DNA of 64,000 nt, from contig NC_083224.1 in the NCBI RefSeq assembly GCF_032191835.1, positions 93,062,001 to 93,126,000 on the forward strand. Reading direction: 5' to 3'. Below the pieces are notes generated by a model, which saw only the letters and a list, made by a program, of their open reading frames with translations, had not been told where the DNA came from and made no database searches. The translations under genes and the position numbers were made by a program. Positions 58,901 to 64,000 of the stretch are shown here, piece by piece (within the stretch, counting starts at the first letter, position 1; every line of letters starts with the position of its first letter). Source of the stretch: Heteronotia binoei (taxonomy: Eukaryota).

Positions 58901-61900
58901 CAAAAAATTTTGATCACATCAATCACACTTTCTCACCTACAACAGTGCGCATACAAATACTGGTCCAACCTTCCCAATGCATCCTTTCTACAGTGATTGA
59001 CAGCTCCATATTCTCATTTTCCCATCCCAGGAATGGTATAATGCTAGCTAACTATCTACCACATTCAGTTGATCATATTTTTTCACACCCTTTGTCCAAG
59101 AAGCTTAGAACAGAATATGTGAGTTTTTTGTTTTGTTTTGTTCTAAGCAAGACCTTGTGAATAGGTTATGCTGTGACTGGCCCAAGATCACTCACTGAGC
59201 TTGATGGATGTGGGGATTTGCACACAGTCCTATTCTCATGTACTATCACTATACCATACTAGCTCTCAGTGGTTCAATACAGCTGCCAATCCTCATTCCA
59301 TAAACACATGTCTCTTTTAGAGATTAGTACTGTGCCTCCCATAGTATCAGTTGCCTGGTCTCCTGATACACAATAGCGGTTAAAAGCCCTTGGCACTGTA
59401 GTAATATATTCAGATATTTGATGGACTCTTTATCGCAAGACATCAGTCATTAAGATCTCCAGAAGTTTGACAGCATATTTTTTTCCCTTTAGTAATCACC
59501 TTAGGGATTTTATTTTATGTTTTTGCTACCCTGGGTTGGAACCCTTGATTCACAGCAGGATTATTCACTTCTCCCTCTTTTGCCCTTCCTACCATTCAGG
59601 CTCAGGATGATGCAAGACAGCAGCTTCGGGAATTTGAAGAAACTAAAAAACAGATTGAAGAAGATGAAGATCGAGAAATTCAAGACATTAAAATTAAATA
59701 TGAGAGGCGGCTTCGGGAGGAAAGAGAATCCAACCTGCGGCTAAAGGGGGAGACAGGAATAATGAGGAAGAAGGTATGCTCAGCTTTCTCACACGGTTTA
59801 TATGCGGGGTTGTTTTGTAGAAAAATAGATGGTGCAGCTGCAATACTATTCAATGGACAAGGAGGTGGAACTCTCAGAAGGAGGAGGTGGAACTCTCAAA
59901 AAGGTTCAGGAGCTGCGCTCCTGTGAGCTCCCACTGAATCTGAGGCCTGTTTATATGTATTTATTTACTTGAAGATTCATATACCATTGCCAAGAAAGAC
60001 CTGAAGCAGTGCACAGCATGAATGATGCAACAGTAAATCACAATGGCAAACTTTAAATTTAAAAGCTACAATTTAAAATCCATTGTCTATCGACAATTTG
60101 TATTAAAACACAGCCACAGAAATATCAGTAGAATAACAACAGTAAAGAAACGCCGTATCCAATCACTGTAGAACGCTAGCAAAGACATAGCCAAATACAC
60201 TTCCATTGAAACTACTTATTGAAAGCATAGCTATCATATTACCTACATAGAATGCAGAACAGCATTTCTCCTACCACTTGAAGGGAGTGGAGAGATATAA
60301 ATGGGAAAATACAGCCGCTAAGATATACTTGTCTGAAATAATGTAGGGCTTTAAAGGTAACAACACTTTGAATTGGATTTTGAAGCAAATAGAAAGCTGT
60401 TGCAGTTGAGCCAGAATTAGAGCAATGTGCTATCTGCAGCCCATATCTGTCAGGTGGGGAGCTGGAGCATTCTTCACTAATTTCTAAGCCATCTGCAAAG
60501 GCAGCCCCATATAGAAAACACTGTAACAGGTCACCAGTTCATGCATGACTGAGGCGAAATCTTTACTTGAGAGAAGCAATAGGAGCTGGATCACCAGTAA
60601 AGTCAATGAAAGACACCCCTAGCCACTGCTACCCCCTAAGAAGCCAGCAGAAATGCAGAATATAAGAAAAAAACTAAATTGTCTTTACACCTTGTCTTTA
60701 AAGCTGAGTAGACCCCATCCAAATGATCACTCCCCCCATTGCCTATCACTGTTTAAAAGTGTCAAGAGCAAAACTGAACCACATGCTGCCCACATATAAC
60801 AAAACTCAGGAGAACAGCAGTCACCTAGGAGTGTTCTGTAAGGCATAGAGCAGTTGTTGGATCTCATGCAAAATCTCCACTGCTGGAAGAGATTTCTGTC
60901 AGAAAAGCAAAACTTCTGTTTCCACAACCCATAACAAATGACCCCAAAAGGCTGCTCCTGGGCTGCTGCTGGGAAACGGGCCCTCTAGAAAGATCATGAG
61001 TGGGGAACTAGAGGTCCGCTGCAAGAGGGAGGAACTGGTTCAGATTCCCGCCTTTCTGTTAGCATTCTGTGCATCCAGTCAATGAACCTGTTGGTTTTCT
61101 ATAGGACCCAAGTAATTCTTAGTATACTTTTGTCTCCCCTCTTTCATTATTTTTTAGAGAAATCATGTATAGGCTCTGAAAATTTGATCCATCTGCCTTA
61201 CTTTAGGAGTATCCCCAGAGAGTATCTGTCAGGTTTTCATGCTTGCTTTCATGGTCAGTCTTATTTTGCTCTGGAATACCTCCCAGTTTCCAACTCTAGT
61301 TTGTGAATACTGAATTCACTGGCTGATAATCTACTTTTTGGTGTCATATGGCTATCTATTAGACCAGTAGCTCTTTTCAGCTGTACAAAACAACCCAACT
61401 TGTTTGAGTTTTGGTTTGTTCTTGTTGGCAGTTCTTGTATTGCTGATGCTGGATGAGACATTTGCTCACTGTTCCCAACATGGCAGATATCCTGTGTTTA
61501 TCTCACTAGTTCAACAGTCTCCAGAAAGAGATTGAAGAGCGCAGCAGTGACATTGAGGCCTTAAAGGCAGAGCAGCAAAAGCTGCAAGGAGTCATTAAGG
61601 CCTTAGAAAAGGATATCCTGGGGCTGAAAAGGGAGATTCAAGAAAGAGATGAGACAATTCAAGACAAGGTGAGACATCTGGGAGGTTCATTTTGCTCTAT
61701 GTGTTGCACCCCTACATCCCCGGCTGACTTTGAAGAAGAAGATGAAGAAGATATTGGATTTATATCCCGCCCTCCACTCAGAGCCTCAGAGCGGCTCACA
61801 GTCTCCTTTACCTTCCTCCCTCACAACAAATGCTCTGTGAGGTGGGTGGGGCTGGAGAGGGCTCTCACAGCAGCTGGCCTTTCAAGGACAACCTCTGCCA

Positions 61901-63625
61901 GAGCTATGGCTGACCCAAGGCCATACTAGCAGGTGCAAGTGGAGGAGGGGAATCAAACCCAGTTCTCCCAGATAAGATTCCGTACACTTAACCACTACAC
62001 CACTCTTTGGTGGTCACATCTCTACCTGGCAGAAAAGACCTGGCTGTGTAAACAAGGCCTCTATATTCTTGTCTTCCAGGCTAAGCTTGGAGTTCCCTGG
62101 GTATCAATCTGGGGCTCCATCCCTCCTTATGACATTGCTCCACAGAAATCATTTTTCTCATTCCACTACCTGAATTGATAATAAGGATGGGGGTGGGGGT
62201 GTAAGGTCCCTGTTTCTCTTCAGCCACTTCTTATTTATGTGCTTGTTTATGTGTCCCAGGAGAAGCGAATTTATGATCTGAAAAAGAAAAACCAGGAGCT
62301 AGAAAAATTCAAATTTGTACTAGATTACAAAATAAAGGAGTTGAAGAAGCAAATAGAGCCACGAGAGAATGATATCAAGGCCATGAAAGAGCAGATACAG
62401 GAGGTAAGCAGCTCTGAGTCTCAGTAGACTTGCAAGCTAGGTGGGATCTCAGGTATTCTTTACAACTGTATCTTTTCTCATGCACCTGTATAGATGGAGG
62501 GAGAGTTGGAGAGTTTCCACAAGCAAAACACACAGCTAGAACTTCACATAGCAGAGCTGCGGCTGAAGTTGAGAGCCACAGACCGGGAGATGCACAAAGA
62601 GATGCAGAAGGTATGTTTAGTAGGAGTAGTGAGAGCATAGAGGTGGAGATTATGTTACTAACAATGATACAGAATCAGAGAGGTGGGCTGAAATTAGTTG
62701 CTATAAGTGTTCTGGGTAATGTGAAACATGTGAACCTTTCTTTCACCAAAGAGGCTGGTATGAAAAGGCTATCATTTGTATGTGCCTACCGCGTAGGTAT
62801 GTGGCTGATATTATCTAAACCCTGATCTATTAGTATTTATAACATCTCAGAGCTGTTAATAACTAGTTGTGCATTTGTTTTAAATTTACTATTTTGATTG
62901 CATATATTTAACAAAGTAGTATTACATTTTAAAAATTATTAGGCGTATTATCACTATTTTTGGCTATTTTTGGTCTTTCGCAGACTCAGGTATATAAAGT
63001 TGATGGCCTTTGAAGCCCCCTTTTCTTTTTTACAGTTCTGTAATTCAGACTGTGACTGACTCTGCAGTAGCGGTTGCTCTGCTCCTGGGCTTCTGCTTTC
63101 CCCAGCTCAACCAACTGATTCCCCACCAGTTGCCGTGCAGCCACATTTTGACCTGTGTCTTCCTGATCTCTGTATTTTTCTTCTCTGAGTCTGGTATTTG
63201 CATTTCCTGGTAGAAGAAGGCAATTCACACATGCTGAGTTGTCATCCAGTGATGGGATATCAATTTATGTACTTGCATATGAGAAATGGCCTGGTGTTAG
63301 TTCACTAAGAGTAAGAGGACTGGGAATATCCAAGCCCATGTCTACCATTGTCTCTATGAGCTGGGTGCCCTTTGGCTGGAATGTATCTTGTAGTGAATAT
63401 GCCAAGACTCCACTGGGACCAGACCAAGGAAGTCCCACACACAAACAGTGTATTATGATGAATCAAGCTTTAACTTCTTCCTGGCTGCAGGAGCGAGACA
63501 TGGAAGCACTTATTAAGAGATTTAAAACAGATCTGCACAACTGTGTGGGCCTCATCCAGGAACCTAAGAAACTAAAGGAGAGCATCAGGGATATTTATGA
63601 GAAGTACGTTCAGAAGGCAGATATG
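22965..63625 (+). CDS. CFAP57: CFAP57 (WDR65), WD-repeat/coiled-coil cilia protein; coding exons 1-19, gene continues past the window end
   Basis: Exons 22965-23121, 24041-24357, 27902-28188, 28688-28895, 29360-29512, 29741-29880, 31403-31568, 31848-31961, 49724-49936, 50188-50361, 55741-55902, 56689-56844, 56938-57031, 57828-58018, 59600-59773, 61510-61668, 62260-62403, 62494-62610, 63491-63625. The frame is continuous and collinear with recalled human CFAP57 ([75 protein letters not shown]). Confidence 0.96.
23280..23790 (+). mobile_element. Degraded L1 3' fragment
   Basis: Reads [16 protein letters not shown]-like, as in an L1 ORF2 C-terminus, followed by an AATAAA and A/T-rich tail near 23767-23795. 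Boundaries approximate. Confidence 0.45.
24481..24776 (-). mobile_element. Squam3-like tRNA/CORE SINE with (CTT)n tail
   Basis: (GAA)n at 24484-24512, then gatattggatttatatcccgccctccac...gaatcaaacccggttctcccagat...cttaaccactacacc; near-identical copy at 61733. Confidence 0.8.
25510..25735 (+). mobile_element. Sauria SINE, internally deleted
   Basis: gagccctgtggcgcagagtgctaaagctgcag...gactggtgcttgcacaggggactacctttactttac. Confidence 0.8.
25877..26047. mobile_element. hAT-type MITE
   Basis: Long TIR caggggtggaattctagcaggagctcctttgcatattaggccacac, mirrored at the right end; perfect 8-bp TSD accataat. Confidence 0.9.
26635..26821. mobile_element. hAT-type MITE (CAGGGCTTTTT family) containing a CR1 3'-end fragment (~26678-26757)
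   Basis: TIR cagggcttttt / aaaaaagtcctg; TSD tacaatct/tgcaatct. The internal ttggccattgtgtg...ttatgttcttatg matches the CR1 tail at 8571-8650. Confidence 0.8.
27178..27349. mobile_element. hAT-type MITE
   Basis: TIR cagggctttttttgtagcaggaactc / gagttcctgctacaaaaaaaggcctg; perfect TSD aatgcatc. Confidence 0.9.
27449..27750 (-). mobile_element. Sauria SINE, full length
   Basis: Reverse complement of the 3940/25510 family; TSD attgtcattgag at 27437-27448 and 27751-27762. Confidence 0.88.
32183..32356. mobile_element. hAT-type MITE (same family as 18049)
   Basis: TIR taatgtttcctctaagctg / cagcttagagggaacactg; TSD ttccagac/tcccagac. Confidence 0.85.
32736..36030 (-). mobile_element. Unclassified 3.3-kb retroposed insertion (no RT recognisable)
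   Basis: 14-bp TSD tacacggtcatctt/tacacggccatctt at 32722-32735 and 36031-36044; T-rich left end; GC-richer right (5') end. Confidence 0.6.
33655..34570 (+). mobile_element. L1 3' fragment nested inside the 32736-36030 insertion
   Basis: [25 protein letters not shown] and AARILY..WK motifs, 3' UTR and A-rich tail at 34555-34570. Confidence 0.8.
38957..42688 (-). CDS. L1 ORF2p (APE endonuclease + reverse transcriptase + CCHC), 1243 aa, uninterrupted
   Basis: SLNINGL, CLQETH, ASIYAPN, GDMN, YIDYIL, SDHAP; [44 protein letters not shown]; CWHC..HLWWEC. Confidence 0.95.
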   Translation of the reverse strand: MVETIKILSLNINGLASDLKRYRLKNMLKKQGIDIVCLQETHKGKKDKKPLLNSTLWETRVEARGTRKARGVAILTHSSLKLEVLDQISDLEGRYVFLKFKLNSRKFTIASIYAPNVGQVSFLNKVFQKLQNFYEGDVVVAGDMNYDFKKSKTLKFKKWKLKDVFTYEGNNPQPTYFSNRFKTFSYIDYILVKESNELEVMKAVTEPLWISDHAPLKVQFRISEERKEFTWKYKAYLPLTGKDRMDLRRDIECYFRENRNSATEGVVWDAAKAVIRGAYIAKEIRIRKENNKERSRIVNEIKRIQKDLQGNYNRQSYELFKKLKKDLENLDSLSMWKKDILVKNEYHRININTMRRMANYLKTKKEKQKIGCIKGNGDKQFFKNARIREEFATFYQQLFKSGENQRFEEQLDNKLTIEQRESLNKEITRQEIIEVLKRLKNRKSPGLDGFTAEYYKEMAELMIPEMQSLFNYILKGGKIPDSWKKAEILPILKPQKDPLEINSYRPISLMNQDYKIFTKILANRLEKYLPNLIKEDQYGFVRGRFIADPLRNILNVLFCKDKKTLALLKLDVYKAFDTVNHNYLMQVLENFGFDGPFLNVVREIYRGGKAVIRINDGHSREISIQRGVKQGCPLSPLLFALAIEPLADRIRNSGRIQGFQIGKEELKLNLFADDILLTISNPLQAIRELLVILEDFKLCSGLGINIKKSEIMFINVGGETKKAILALTGMKSGVSKIKYLGVYLNKNIERLQKMNYNKVWLKILKKLKEWKNKNLSILGKIRAIKMFILPKLLYLFQVLPIRLDQETIRKWDEHIKNWVFGRKKARIQKKLIYMPQDELGWGVPYLQAYYDAVQLKALMELEWRKGDKWVRLESAVNKGAGSSGIYTREIKKVTIQTEGPRKIALIVWKRWKKILMPLTSKWTPLKDIWEKEMNPKFYEELQREDIIRVKDLYNSQGALLPLQELNCKIGKQYWLNLMGLYETIRQEKYKDAIKRDDNFIEKVLYVDERKKGLSGIIYLELVKDKEFMYRTLKNKWNKEKQITDGEVNKLMMNLKKIKIEKYRELERKIILKWYRTPAQLAYMIKGMKPNCWHCNAKEGWYSHLWWECPKVIEFWGKIRGKIVGVCKFNIDIDGELLFMGVLENNKIEKQNQSIFKAMILAAHAVIAYGWKESLKWTLERWNNYLYEYIQSDILECLKQDKIWDRKIEEIKEKWDIYFSWVFKGEANKAIFEKLGKVCSWLKI
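42980..43822 (-). CDS. L1 ORF1p (coiled coil, RRM, CTD), 280 aa, uninterrupted
   Basis: [43 protein letters not shown] motifs typical of L1 ORF1p. Confidence 0.92.
   Translation of the reverse strand: MATKKELKDLTQLIASSEQNVRGDIKALKTDLRQMAIEIKNIKKVADKAAKKAQVNEDKIKELTSKLAFVSDRQRRRNIRLSGIPEEITQKDLESKLLEWLERYDLRIQTEDIERVHRSLRPKPSLGAKPRDVIMAFAREKIRDNIYKCLKLQKDLQFDDNKVIVRQDLSPETLQQRAILRPYTQSLFENGILFSWGYPAVILVFKEGKLLRAKNPEEARKMLERLGINMRPLEPGNVEEQEDEQQEPCENTPSSSEEEGESSQTLQSKPKRLRKDTGGS
44722..46015 (-). mobile_element. L2-clade LINE, 5'-truncated, with open RT C-terminal half
   Basis: [69 protein letters not shown], open to the stop at 44960; (TTTA)n-type tail at 44722-44748. Confidence 0.88.
46700..47045. 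repeat. Diverged direct duplication (~120-140 bp unit, ~220 bp spacing)
   Basis: aaatagaaatttactgggatgtggagcaaacccccaaag...caagagaaa...agggcaaggaagg repeated as aaatagaaattcactggaatatggagcaaaccccaaaag...caagagaaa...agagcagggaagg. Confidence 0.65.
47266..47529. mobile_element. Fully palindromic MITE (~264 bp), superfamily unresolved
   Basis: gaccgatttcgcactcaccttat...gcagcaaacagaaa / tttctgtttgctgc...gtaaggtgagtgcggaatcggtc; the arms pair over essentially the whole length. Confidence 0.8.
47940..48002 (+). mobile_element. CR1 extreme 3'-end fragment
   Basis: gcagggggttggactagat..ggtcccttccaactctatgattctatg. Confidence 0.7.
50871..53623. mobile_element. Non-autonomous hAT element, 2.75 kb, with purine-rich and GC-rich internal repeats
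   Basis: TIR cagggcttttt / aaaaagccctg; perfect TSD caattctc (50863-50870 and 53624-53631); subterminal attagcatatt repeats; no transposase ORF. Confidence 0.85.
52337..53064. mobile_element. TAGGGTTGCCA-type hAT element nested within the 2.75-kb hAT element
   Basis: tagggttgccaa / ttgggaagccta; perfect TSD aaggacaa (52329-52336 and 53065-53072); CpG-rich tandem/inverted internal repeats. Confidence 0.8.
53725..54482. mobile_element. Fold-back hAT-type element with ~280-bp inverted arms
   Basis: tagggttgccaatccccaggtgg...aaaatacccccca mirrored by tggggggtattttgggga...ccacctgggaattggcaacccta. No TSD found. Confidence 0.85.
58451..58660. repeat. Inverted repeat (~45-bp arms) followed by a Sauria-SINE 3' fragment
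   Basis: ttccattttccttcccacctcacttttgccagccaaaaggga / ctcttccttttggctggctaaagtggggtaggaaggaaaatggaa, then cagagtcggaaaggactggtgcttgcacagggg. Confidence 0.6.
60230..60720 (-). mobile_element. Degraded L2-like LINE fragment
   Basis: Similar to the 44960-46015 L2 (gggctttaaaggtaa, gggcagccccatatag..cactgtaaca); low identity. Confidence 0.4.
61733..62005 (-). mobile_element. Squam3-like SINE
   Basis: Near-identical to 24481-24776. Confidence 0.8.
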
Positions 63626-64000
63626 GTAAGTCCAAGTTCTCCTTTCTGCAAAAATTCCCCATCTTATGTCCTTGTAATGGACCCCAAAACTATTGAGGTC
63701 CAAACTATTTTCTGGGAAGCAATTGCTCCTCCTGGTTAGTTGTAGTGCCTCAAACCAAGCAAACAATACAAGCACCTCTAAAACCCTGGCCAGCCTGCCA
63801 AAAAACACATAGGTTCTGGGATGTTATTGCACTACAAGTAAACCACGTCAGTTAAAATATAATGAGGATTTATTTAAATGAGGAAAAGCTTTTTTAAAAA
63901 AACATAGTACAAATTTTCAGACTTCAATATGGAAGAAAAACAACAAAAATAGCTGGAACTATGTAACACCTAACTTCAAAAGTGACTGCAAATAGCTGAA

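Noticed and set aside
22965-63625. U12-type introns in CFAP57 or EBNA1BP2
   Set aside because: No donor matches RTATCCTT (the closest is GTATGCT after 59773).

Overview
Vertebrate genomic DNA, most likely a squamate and probably a gecko (inferred from Sauria/Squam2-like and Squam3-like SINEs and squamate-type hAT MITEs). Four genes alternate in orientation: <-PIF1 (first coding exon only) | CFAP144/FAM183A-> (4 coding exons, complete) <-EBNA1BP2 (9 coding exons, complete) | CFAP57/WDR65-> (19 coding exons, runs off the window end). Two compact bidirectional promoters each pair a proliferation or housekeeping gene with a motile-cilia gene. The PIF1/CFAP144 promoter carries a palindromic CHR, two CCAAT boxes 33 bp apart and an X-box-like site. 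Introns are TE-rich: a near full-length CR1, a young Rex1/Babar-type LINE, Penelope-like termini with hammerhead-ribozyme cores, a 5S-derived SINE split by an L1, and many hAT MITEs with 8-bp TSDs. CFAP57 intron 8 (17.8 kb) is mostly a nested stack: one old ~1.7-kb LINE is split by at least 7 later insertions, nested up to four levels deep. The innermost is a full-length L1 with intact ORF1 (280 aa), intact ORF2 (1243 aa) and a perfect 17-bp TSD. Gene names rest on my recall of the human orthologue proteins, and exon boundaries were read by hand from GT/GC-AG sites and frame continuity. TE family names are pattern-based and unverified by database search. I found no evidence of a wholly new gene system; the best leads are regulatory and mobile-element observations.
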